DNA of 41,989 nucleotides from Micromonosporaceae bacterium (GCA_019689695.1 JADGHA010000001.1:1-41989), one strand, 5' to 3'; positions 27,700 to 35,178 are shown, counted from the stretch's first letter. Notes: generated by a model from the sequence alone, not told the origin. Numbers and translations: made by a program.

Positions 27700-27720
27700 T
27701 CTGCAGGCATTTCCTGCAGA
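27700..27720. promoter_or_regulatory. Perfect 8-bp inverted repeat TCTGCAGG-N5-CCTGCAGA flanked by AGATCAC direct repeats
   Basis: Read directly from the sequence. AGATCAC occurs at 27691-27697 and 27720-27726. It lies in the AT-enriched gap upstream of the islet sigma gene. Its function is unknown. Confidence 0.3.
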
Positions 27721-27806
27721 GATCACTCGGTAGACAGGCTGTACTCGGATAACTAACTGACATCGGCATCCACGGATGTGCTATTGGCCTGCTATGTTTC
27801 GGGTGA

Positions 27807-27826
27807 ACATTGATTTACATTGCTTT
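27807..27826. repeat. Tandem direct repeat ACATTGATTT / ACATTGCTTT
   Basis: Two adjacent 10-mers differing at one position, in the most AT-rich part of the window, 54 nt upstream of the first possible sigma start. It is a candidate regulator-binding site. Confidence 0.45.
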
Positions 27827-28044
27827 TAGTCGATCTTGTGACACCTTTTCGCGTGCTGTGCGAGTGGAGCTGAGAGACCGTGACACGCCCCACGGGGTTC
27901 CGATCATTCGTGGTATCGACACAGGTTCTGTGCGCTGCCTTGACGGTCGCGTCGGCATCGGTCGTTGTCCTGTGCTTCGCGTGCCAGGCACGGCCGGCAC
28001 GTGCCGGCTGCGCCCGTCCGCGGCGGGCGCTCGGTTCGCCTGCG

Positions 28045-28545
28045 GTGTCGTGCGAGGACATCTGGCAGGTCCTGATCGGGCTACGCCGGGAGTTGATCGG
28101 ATATGCCCATCTTCTTGGCATGGCCGAGGATGCACCCGACGTCGTGCACGAGGCGATGATCCGCGTGATCCGCTCGACCGGGGTCGACCTGGCCCGGGTC
28201 CGCCAACTCACCTATGCCGTACTGCGCAACCTCGCTGTCGACGTACACCGGCAGCGGTCCCGAACGGTCGCGTTGGGTGAGTTCGACATGGCGTCGGCTG
28301 GTCCCGAAGACCATGTCTGCGAGCGCGCCGAGGCCTGGTGGTACTGGGAGCAGGCACGCCGGCTGTCCAATATGGAGCGGACGGTCCTTCTCGCCAAGGC
28401 GGCCGGAGCGAACCACCGGACGATCGCGGCCCGCCTCGGCATGTCGGAGAAGGCAGTCGAGTGCGCGGTTCGCCGGGCCCGCAAGAAGCTGCAGCGGATC
28501 GGCTCTCCCGCGACCCGGCGCTATCCACCCACAGCCGCACCGTGA
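28045..28545 (+). CDS. ECF-type sigma-70 family sigma factor
   Basis: Region 2 is LIGYAHLLGMAEDAPDVVHEAMIRV...LTYAVLRNLAVDVHRQR. Region 4 is LSNMERTVLLAKAAGANHRTIAARLGMSEKAVECAVRRARKKL. GTG 28045 gives a normal 166-aa ECF sigma. The track start 27880 would add a 55-aa hydrophobic extension containing 4 Cys. GC3 is visibly lower than in neighbouring genes. Confidence 0.75.
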   Translation: MSCEDIWQVLIGLRRELIGYAHLLGMAEDAPDVVHEAMIRVIRSTGVDLARVRQLTYAVLRNLAVDVHRQRSRTVALGEFDMASAGPEDHVCERAEAWWYWEQARRLSNMERTVLLAKAAGANHRTIAARLGMSEKAVECAVRRARKKLQRIGSPATRRYPPTAAP

Positions 28546-28562
28546 CCGGCGCATGCCGGGTA

Positions 28563-28610
28563 ACGCGCCGGGGCGCGTCGCGGTTGTGCGAGTGCGGCGC
28601 GCCCCGGCGC
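28563..28610. terminator. Strong bidirectional hairpin between the convergent sigma and small membrane-protein genes
   Basis: Perfect 14-bp inverted repeat CGCGCCGGGGCGCG-N20-CGCGCCCCGGCGCG. Confidence 0.6.
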
Positions 28611-28621
28611 GGGCAAAGAGA

Positions 28622-28942
28622 TCACATGATGTCCGGGCGGTAGCCCAGCGCGTAGAGGATCACGGTCGGCGTGAGCAGGATGGCCAGGAACCCGACCAGG
28701 GTCCAGACGACCTGCCGTACTGAACGAGCCACGGACAGCGCGATGACTGCGCCGAAGAAGGTCCCGGCCACTACGCCGGTGGCCACGTTGTCGGTGGCCG
28801 AGTTGGACAGGTCGGCCGCGTCGCCGATGAGCGCGGCCAGGTTGTAGCTGACGACCGCGAGCGGGACCAGTGCGGCGACCGACACCAGCACCATCCGGAC
28901 CCGGGACCGCCGCCATATGGGCGTCGACGCTGTCTGTGGCAC
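28622..28942 (-). CDS. Small three-helix membrane protein of unknown function
   Basis: GTG 28942 has AAGGA 8 nt upstream; ATG 28894 is an alternative. It has a basic N-terminus (WRRSRVR) followed by three hydrophobic helices. It lies 64 nt downstream of the Cys-rich gene on the same strand. Confidence 0.55.
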   Translation of the reverse strand: MPQTASTPIWRRSRVRMVLVSVAALVPLAVVSYNLAALIGDAADLSNSATDNVATGVVAGTFFGAVIALSVARSVRQVVWTLVGFLAILLTPTVILYALGYRPDIM

Positions 28943-29006
28943 GGCGACTATCCTTACATAGACTCCACCGAGCGGAGGTGGATTGCCGGTTGCCGATGTG
29001 CGGGAG

Positions 29007-29975
29007 TCAATGCCCGAGGCTCTCGCAGGTGGGGTTGCAGACTCCGGCGCAGACGCCGCCGCAGATTCCCGCGCAGAACGGCGCGCATGGCGGGCACACC
29101 GAAGCGCAGAGCGCGCCGCAACCGACGCCGCACGCACCGGAGAGCGCGGCACACACGATGGTGCAGTAGTTGATGCAGACGAAACCGAAGCAGTGCCGGT
29201 GCCAGTTCGTCTGCATGTCCCCTGGTGACGGCGCGTTCAGCATGGCCTCGATCTCGCTGCGGCTGAAGCCGTCGGAGGCGTAGAGCACCTGCGGTCCGTC
29301 GGTGAACACCAGGCCGAGTACCAGCATGTTGCCGATCTGGTCCCGGACGGCGACCAGGGAGCCGGCGCGGTCGATTTGGCCACCGGCGATGAACGGCAGG
29401 GTGACCTGGGTCCAGGCCCGGCCATCGACGTTCGTCGTACGGGTGACGATGGCGGCAAGCTCATCGATCTTGGGTGCGTAACCCTTGCTCAGCAGGAGGC
29501 TGCGCGCCTCCTGGTAGTCGGCGGTGGCGCTCATCTGGTCCCGGATCTTCTCCGCCTCCGACCCGCTGAGCACCTCGGTGTGGGTCCCCTCGTGCGCGTG
29601 GGCGGCGCGTCGCCCGCCGAGCGCCCCGGTGAACAGGTCGAGGAGCAGGACACTGCCGGTGACGGCTACCGCTTTGCCCAGCAACGCCCGCCGGGACCGC
29701 AGGGCCTGGTACCGCTCGGCCCGGTCGACCAGTTCGGCGCAGCAGGGTGTCGGCGAGTACGCCCAGCCGAGCCGGCGCAGCCCGAAGGCCACCGCGTGGG
29801 CGAGGCTCAGCGCGCCGAACGCGGCGGCCACGGCCAGCGCGGCGAGGGGTAGCAGGCCGTCTGCCAGCCGGGCGACGAGCAGATAGGCGGCGAGTGCGGC
29901 GCCCAGCCCGACCAGCGACGTGCGGATACAGTACCGGCAAGCCCCGAGTTTTGCCGGTAGTTTGATTCTGGACAC
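29007..29975 (-). CDS. Membrane-anchored protein with a C-terminal 61-aa (C-x3-C)n cysteine-rich hydrophobic tail
   Basis: GTG 29975 is preceded by GAAAGGAAG. GTG 29792 is an in-frame alternative that would make SRRALLGK plus a hydrophobic stretch plus AHA an N-terminal Tat-like signal. The tail (29010-29192) is CFGFVCINYCTIVCAALSGACGVGCGALCASVCPPCAPFCAGICGGVCAGVCNPTCESLGH. Coding is supported by GC3 and length. I recognise no characterised family with certainty. Confidence 0.7.
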   Translation of the reverse strand: MSRIKLPAKLGACRYCIRTSLVGLGAALAAYLLVARLADGLLPLAALAVAAAFGALSLAHAVAFGLRRLGWAYSPTPCCAELVDRAERYQALRSRRALLGKAVAVTGSVLLLDLFTGALGGRRAAHAHEGTHTEVLSGSEAEKIRDQMSATADYQEARSLLLSKGYAPKIDELAAIVTRTTNVDGRAWTQVTLPFIAGGQIDRAGSLVAVRDQIGNMLVLGLVFTDGPQVLYASDGFSRSEIEAMLNAPSPGDMQTNWHRHCFGFVCINYCTIVCAALSGACGVGCGALCASVCPPCAPFCAGICGGVCAGVCNPTCESLGH

Positions 29976-30387
29976 CGATGCTTCCTTTCTCTCGGCAGGC
30001 ACAATTCGTTTGTCCAGGAGAAATTCGCACGGTTGGCCGACGCGCCGGCGGCGGCGAGCAGACGCAGAAAATGGCACAAATGACAAACGGGGTCTACCGC
30101 GCCCCCTCACGTTCCGGGCTCACCGTGCACAAGTGTTACGGGAATGGGCCCTTGATCCCTCGTACGGAAATCCAGCGTGCTCGGCGACCGGTCCTGCGCA
30201 CCCGTGCCCTGGCCGGATCGCTCCAGAGATCTACGCCGGGCTGGCGTGCTACCACATCCAGCGATCAGCGCCGACAATGCCGGCACCGCCGACCCCACCC
30301 GCCGCGAACCAGCTTTCGGACCCGGCCCGCTCGGCGCTGGTCGACGCGAGGCCGCGCCGCCGCGCAGGAGTATGCGACGCTGGCAGC

Positions 30388-31299
30388 GTGGACCCCCGAC
30401 CTCTCCTCCTGATCGACGCGCCCAGCCTCTACTTCCGGGCGTTCTTCGGCATCCCGGAGTCCGCCGCGAGGGCGGCCGACGGTACCCCGGTCAACGCGGT
30501 GCGTGGCTTCCTGGACATGCTCGCCACCCTGGTCCGCACCAGGCGGCCGGACCGGCTGGTCTGCGCCCTGGACGAGGACTGGCGGCCGGCGTGGCGGGTC
30601 GAGCTGCTGCCGTCGTACAAGCGGCACCGCCTCTCCCCGCACGGCGGCGAGACCGTGCCGGACGGCCTGGTTCCACAGATCCCGGTGATCCTGGAGATTC
30701 TCGCGGCGCTCGGCATCCCGGCCGTCGGGGCGCCAGGGTACGAGGCGGACGACGTGCTCGGCACGCTGGCCGCTCGCGAGCCGGGGCCGATCGAGGTGGC
30801 CTCCGGCGACCGCGACCTGTTCCAGCTCGTCGACGACGCGGCCGGGGTCCGCCTGCTGTACTGCGGGCGCGGCGTGGCCAAGCTGGATGTGTGTGACGAC
30901 GCAGCGGTACGGGCGCGGTACGGGGTGCCGGCCGCCGGGTACGCCGACTTCGCCGCGCTGCGCGGCGACCCGAGCGACGGCCTTCCCGGGGTCCCTGGGG
31001 TCGGCGAGAAGACCGCCGCCCGGCTGGTGGCCCGCTACGGCGGCCTGGACGGGATCCTGGCCGCCATGGCCGACCCGGACGCCGGCTTCGCACCCGGGCT
31101 GCGGGCCAAGCTCGCGGCGGCCGCCGACTACCTGGCGGTGGCGCCGACCGTGGTCCGGGTCGCCCGGGACGTGCCGCTGCCCAAGCTGGACACCACCCTG
31201 CCGGCCGCGCCGGCCGAGCCGCAGCGCCTGCTGGAGCTGGCGGAGCGGTGGAACCTGGCCGGCCCCTGCCGCCGACTTGTCGACGCCCTCGCCGCGTGA
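30388..31299 (+). CDS. 5'-3' exonuclease / flap endonuclease (Pol I N-terminal domain-like)
   Basis: It has LLLIDAPSLYFRAFFG, GYEADDVLGT, SGDRDLFQL and the H3TH motif LPGVPGVGEKTAARL. GTG 30388 is preferred; in-frame ATG 30277 is an alternative. Its position next to helY matches M. tuberculosis Rv2090. Confidence 0.85.
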   Translation: MDPRPLLLIDAPSLYFRAFFGIPESAARAADGTPVNAVRGFLDMLATLVRTRRPDRLVCALDEDWRPAWRVELLPSYKRHRLSPHGGETVPDGLVPQIPVILEILAALGIPAVGAPGYEADDVLGTLAAREPGPIEVASGDRDLFQLVDDAAGVRLLYCGRGVAKLDVCDDAAVRARYGVPAAGYADFAALRGDPSDGLPGVPGVGEKTAARLVARYGGLDGILAAMADPDAGFAPGLRAKLAAAADYLAVAPTVVRVARDVPLPKLDTTLPAAPAEPQRLLELAERWNLAGPCRRLVDALAA

Positions 31300-31311
31300 C
31301 CGGGCCCGCGG

Positions 31312-32217
31312 TCAGCGGCCAGCAGGGTCGCCGCGGCGGCGCACCGACACTGCGGCCGGCGCCTGCGCGCGGCTCTGCTCCTGGCTGCGCCGGCCGGCGA
31401 TCAACTGGTCGAAGGACGCGGACGCGGCCCGGTCCTCCTCGGTCGGCGCGACCAGCACCGAGTAGATCAGCCCGATCACCACGAAGATGACCAGCAGCAC
31501 GATCGGGATCAGCAGCGCCGGTGCGGTCGCGCCGCCCGGCGTGCCCGCGGCCGGGTGCAGGTGCACGGACATGGCGAGCATCCCGGTGTAGTGCATGCCG
31601 CAGACCGCCACGCCCATCACCATCGCCGCGGCCACGATGTACGCCGTGCGTTGCAGCATGGTGGTGAACCACAGCGCCACGGTGGCGGCCACCCCCGCGA
31701 TCACGATGGAGGCGGCGACCAGGCGCGGGTCGTAGTGGATCGTGCCGTCCAGGCGCATCGCGGCCATCCCGGTGTAGTGCATGGCGGCCACGCCCAGGCC
31801 GGTGACCAAGCCGCCGAGCAGAATCCTCGGCAGGCCCGGGCGGCGGGGGCCGGGTTCCGCGGCGGGCCCAAGGCTGCCACGCCGGGCCTCAGCCGACGTG
31901 CTCCAGCCGACGATGAACAGGCCGATCCCGACCACCACGATCGCAATCACCGCGCTGGCCGTGGTCAACGGGACGTCGTAGCGGATTTCCTGACCGGAGA
32001 CGCCGAACCCGAGCATCGCCATGAAGTGCATGACCCAGATTCCGGTACCGCCGATCGCCCACGCCGCGAGGATCAGCCAGCGGGCCCGGCCACCCGGCGT
32101 CCGCGCGGTGCGGACCCGGGCGGTGCAGATGAGCCCGAGCAGCGCGCCGAGGAACGACATGGCGTAGGCCAGCGCGGGAGTGATCCAGCCGTATGTAAAG
32201 TGATCGATTTTGCCCAT
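31312..32217 (-). CDS. MHYT-domain integral membrane sensor protein (no output domain)
   Basis: ATG 32217 (MGKIDHF). It has three MHYT-type repeats (WVMHFMAM, AAMHYTGMAAM, CGMHYTGMLAM) in six or seven helices, then a low-complexity tail of about 45 aa. Confidence 0.85.
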   Translation of the reverse strand: MGKIDHFTYGWITPALAYAMSFLGALLGLICTARVRTARTPGGRARWLILAAWAIGGTGIWVMHFMAMLGFGVSGQEIRYDVPLTTASAVIAIVVVGIGLFIVGWSTSAEARRGSLGPAAEPGPRRPGLPRILLGGLVTGLGVAAMHYTGMAAMRLDGTIHYDPRLVAASIVIAGVAATVALWFTTMLQRTAYIVAAAMVMGVAVCGMHYTGMLAMSVHLHPAAGTPGGATAPALLIPIVLLVIFVVIGLIYSVLVAPTEEDRAASASFDQLIAGRRSQEQSRAQAPAAVSVRRRGDPAGR

Positions 32218-32391
32218 CGGTTCCTGACCCCCAAAACTGGCTCGCCGCCGGGCGTGACGCCCGCCACATTCTGCCCGCGGCGGCCGCCAGCTTGGTCGGA
32301 CAAATGGCCACACTTCTCTGGGTGCTGAACAGATCACGGAGAAGGTGAGGCTGGATTTCCAGCGAACGGCCGCGTCAGACCGCGGTGCCCG

Positions 32392-35178
32392 TCAGACCGC
32401 GTTGTAGGCGAGCACGCCGCGGTTGACCGCCGCCATCGCCTGCCGGGCGCGCTCGCGCAGCGGCGCAGCCGCCACCGGCCCGGCCGCCTCCGCGAGCTGG
32501 CCGAGCAGGTCCACCACCTGCCGGGCCCACCGGACGAAGTCGCCGGCCGGCATCTCGCCGTCCAGCTGGTGCCCGCTGGCCAGCACCTTCGCCAGCGGCT
32601 CGCCACGCGCCCACCGGTACATCGGCCAGACGAAGCCGAGGTCCGGCTCGCGGGTCAGGGACAGCCCACGGGACGCCTCGTCGGCCTCCAGCTCGGACCA
32701 GACCTTCAGCGTGGCGTCCACCGCGTCCGCGACCGGTCCCCGGGGCACCGACGCCCGCTCGTCCCCCTCCCGGCGCGCCTCGTAGAGCACGACCGAAACC
32801 GCGGCGGCGAGCTCCGCCGGGTCAAGGTCGTCCCACACCCCCCGCCGGAGGCACTCGGCGACGAGCAGGTCCGCCTCGGTCCAGATCCGGGCCAGCATCC
32901 GACCCGACTCGGTGACCCCGCCATCGGCGGACAGGTAGCCGCGCGCGGTGAGCAGGCCGCAGACCCGGTCGAACGTCCGCGCCAGCGACCCGGTCCGGTT
33001 GGACACCTTGGCCCGCAGCGCCTCGGTGTCCCGCTCCAGCCGCCAGCGCCGCTCCGCCCAGCGGGCATGCTCCTCCCGATCGGGGCACGCGTGGCTGGGG
33101 TGCCGGCGCAGCTGCGCGCGCAGCTCGGCCAGCTCCGGATCCTCGCCGTTGGCCGCCCGGCGGGTCCGCCGCCGCACAGTGCGGTCCAGCTCGATGTTGC
33201 GCAGGGACGAGGCGAGGTCACGCCGCTCGGCCGGCGAGCGGTGGTTGAAATGCTTCGGCACCCGGACCCGGGCCAGCACGTCGACCGGGGCGGCGAAGTC
33301 GGCCGCGGCGATCCGCCCGGCCCACCGGTCCTCGGTCAGCACCAGCGGGCGGGGCTCCTGCCCGAATCGGCCTGACCGGCTCACCACCCCGCCGCCGGTC
33401 CCCGGATCCAGCACCACCGCGAGGCCGGCCCGGCGCCCGGACGGCACCCTGATCACGTCGCCGACCCGCAGCTTCTCCAGCGAGGCGAGCGCCGCCGCCC
33501 GCCGCTGCGCGGCACCCTGCCGGGCCAGCGCCCGCTCCCGCTCGGTGATCGCCATCCGTAGCCCGAAGTACTCCGAGAAGTCCCCCAGGTGGCAGGTCAT
33601 CTCCGCGGCGTACGCCTCGATCGTCTCGGTGTTGCGCTGCACCTGCCGATTTAGGCCGAAAACCGACCGGTCCGCCTGGAACTGGGCGAACGACGACTCC
33701 AGCAGCGCCCGGGCGCGGTCCGCGCCGACGGAGCCGACGAGGTTGACCGCCATGTTGTACGACGGGGCGAAGCTGGACCGCAGCGGGTAGGTGCGGGTGG
33801 AGGCGAGGCCGGCGACGTGCCGCGGATCCACCTCCGGCGCCCACACCACGACCGCGTGGCCCTCGACGTCGATGCCACGCCGGCCAGCCCGCCCGGTCAG
33901 CTGGGTGTACTCCCCCGGCGTCAGGTCCACGTGTGCCTCGCCGTTGAACTTGACCAGCCGCTCCAGCACCACGCACCGGGCCGGCATGTTGATGCCCAGG
34001 GCCAGCGTCTCGGTGGCGAAGACCGCCTTCACCAGGCCGCGCACGAACAGCTCCTCGACCACCTCCTTGAACGCCGGCAGCATTCCGGCGTGGTGGGCGG
34101 CGAGACCCCGCTCCAGCCCCTCCAGCCACTCCCAGTAGCCGAGCACGGTCAGGTCCTCGCCCGGGATGCTCGCCGTCCGCCGCTCGACCACCTCGCGGAT
34201 TTCGGCGCGCTCGTCCGGCGTGGTCAACCGCAGCCCGGCGTGCAGGCACTGCTGTACCGCGGCGTCGCAGCCGGCCCGGCTGAACACGAACAGGATCGCG
34301 GGCAGCAGCCCCTCGCGGTCCAGCCGGTCGACGATGTCCGCGCGGGACGGCACCAGCCAGCGCCGGGCTCGCCCGGGGCGGCCGCGGCCGCGCCCGCCGG
34401 CGTAGCCGCCGAACTCGAGCCGGCGCAGCATCTCACGGGTGTAGCGCAGCAGCTCCGGGTGCACGTCGTGCTTGCGGGCGGCGTCCGCGTCGTGGAACAG
34501 GTCGAACATCCGCCTGCCGACCAGCATGTGCTGCCACAGCGGGACCGGGCGGTGCTCGCTGACCACCACCTTCGTCTCACCGCGCACGGTGACCAGCCAG
34601 TCGGCGAACTCCTCGGCGTTGGACACGGTGGCCGACAGTGAGACCAGGGTGACGCTCGCCGGCAGGTGGATGATCACCTCCTCCCACACCGCGCCGCGGA
34701 ACCGGTCGGCCAGGTAGTGCACCTCGTCCATCACCACGTACGCCAGGCCATCCAGGGTGGACGAGCCGGTGTAGAGCATGTTGCGCAGCACCTCGGTGGT
34801 CATCACCACCACCGGGGCGTCCCCGTTGATCGAGTTGTCGCCGGTGAGCAGGCCGACCCGCTCGGCCCCGTACCGCTCGACCAGGTCGTGGTACTTCTGG
34901 TTGGACAGCGCCTTGATCGGGGTGGTGTAGAAGCACTTCCGCGCGCGCGGCCCACGCAGTGCGAGGTGCACGGCGAACTCCCCGACCACCGTCTTGCCGG
35001 CCCCGGTAGGTGCGCAGACCAGGACCCCGCTACCCCGCTCCAGGGCCTCGCAGGCCTCCCGTTGGAACGGGTCGAGCTCGAACCCGAGGTCCGAGGCGAA
35101 GTCCGCCAGCGCCGGGAACTGGGCGGCCCAGGCGGCCCGCCGGCGGGCCGACACGTACCGCTCGGCGGGGCTCGTCAT
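32392..35178 (-). CDS. helY: Ski2-like DEAD/DEAH-box RNA helicase
   Basis: 928 aa with Walker A CAPTGAGKT, a DEVH box (VMDEVHYL) and SATVSNA, followed by arch and C-terminal DSHCT-like regions. Synteny with tatC and tatA is as in mycobacteria. Confidence 0.9.
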   Translation of the reverse strand: MTSPAERYVSARRRAAWAAQFPALADFASDLGFELDPFQREACEALERGSGVLVCAPTGAGKTVVGEFAVHLALRGPRARKCFYTTPIKALSNQKYHDLVERYGAERVGLLTGDNSINGDAPVVVMTTEVLRNMLYTGSSTLDGLAYVVMDEVHYLADRFRGAVWEEVIIHLPASVTLVSLSATVSNAEEFADWLVTVRGETKVVVSEHRPVPLWQHMLVGRRMFDLFHDADAARKHDVHPELLRYTREMLRRLEFGGYAGGRGRGRPGRARRWLVPSRADIVDRLDREGLLPAILFVFSRAGCDAAVQQCLHAGLRLTTPDERAEIREVVERRTASIPGEDLTVLGYWEWLEGLERGLAAHHAGMLPAFKEVVEELFVRGLVKAVFATETLALGINMPARCVVLERLVKFNGEAHVDLTPGEYTQLTGRAGRRGIDVEGHAVVVWAPEVDPRHVAGLASTRTYPLRSSFAPSYNMAVNLVGSVGADRARALLESSFAQFQADRSVFGLNRQVQRNTETIEAYAAEMTCHLGDFSEYFGLRMAITERERALARQGAAQRRAAALASLEKLRVGDVIRVPSGRRAGLAVVLDPGTGGGVVSRSGRFGQEPRPLVLTEDRWAGRIAAADFAAPVDVLARVRVPKHFNHRSPAERRDLASSLRNIELDRTVRRRTRRAANGEDPELAELRAQLRRHPSHACPDREEHARWAERRWRLERDTEALRAKVSNRTGSLARTFDRVCGLLTARGYLSADGGVTESGRMLARIWTEADLLVAECLRRGVWDDLDPAELAAAVSVVLYEARREGDERASVPRGPVADAVDATLKVWSELEADEASRGLSLTREPDLGFVWPMYRWARGEPLAKVLASGHQLDGEMPAGDFVRWARQVVDLLGQLAEAAGPVAAAPLRERARQAMAAVNRGVLAYNAV

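Noticed and set aside
27525-27710. 61-aa minus-strand ORF whose ATG lies in the loop of the 27700-27720 hairpin.
   Set aside because: It has no SD and a non-descript product. It partly overlaps the putative decayed-gene frames, so it is probably not an independent gene.
27794-27829. 11-codon mini-ORF MFRVNIDLHCF containing a rare TTA codon, in the AT-rich leader of the islet sigma gene.
   Set aside because: It has no ribosome-binding site, and it overlaps the tandem 10-mer repeat, which explains the sequence better. It is too short to support from sequence alone.
29010-29192. 12-nt periodicity (GCAG/GCAC every 12 nt) that at first glance looks like a short tandem DNA repeat or a mini-array.
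   Set aside because: The units are not identical at the DNA level. The periodicity is fully explained by the C-x3-C codon register of a protein-coding tail. It is not a CRISPR array or a satellite.
30086-30115. ECF-type promoter candidate GGAAC...CGTT on the minus strand upstream of the Cys-rich gene.
   Set aside because: The spacer is 21 nt, well outside the 16-17 nt typical of ECF promoters, so I do not call it.
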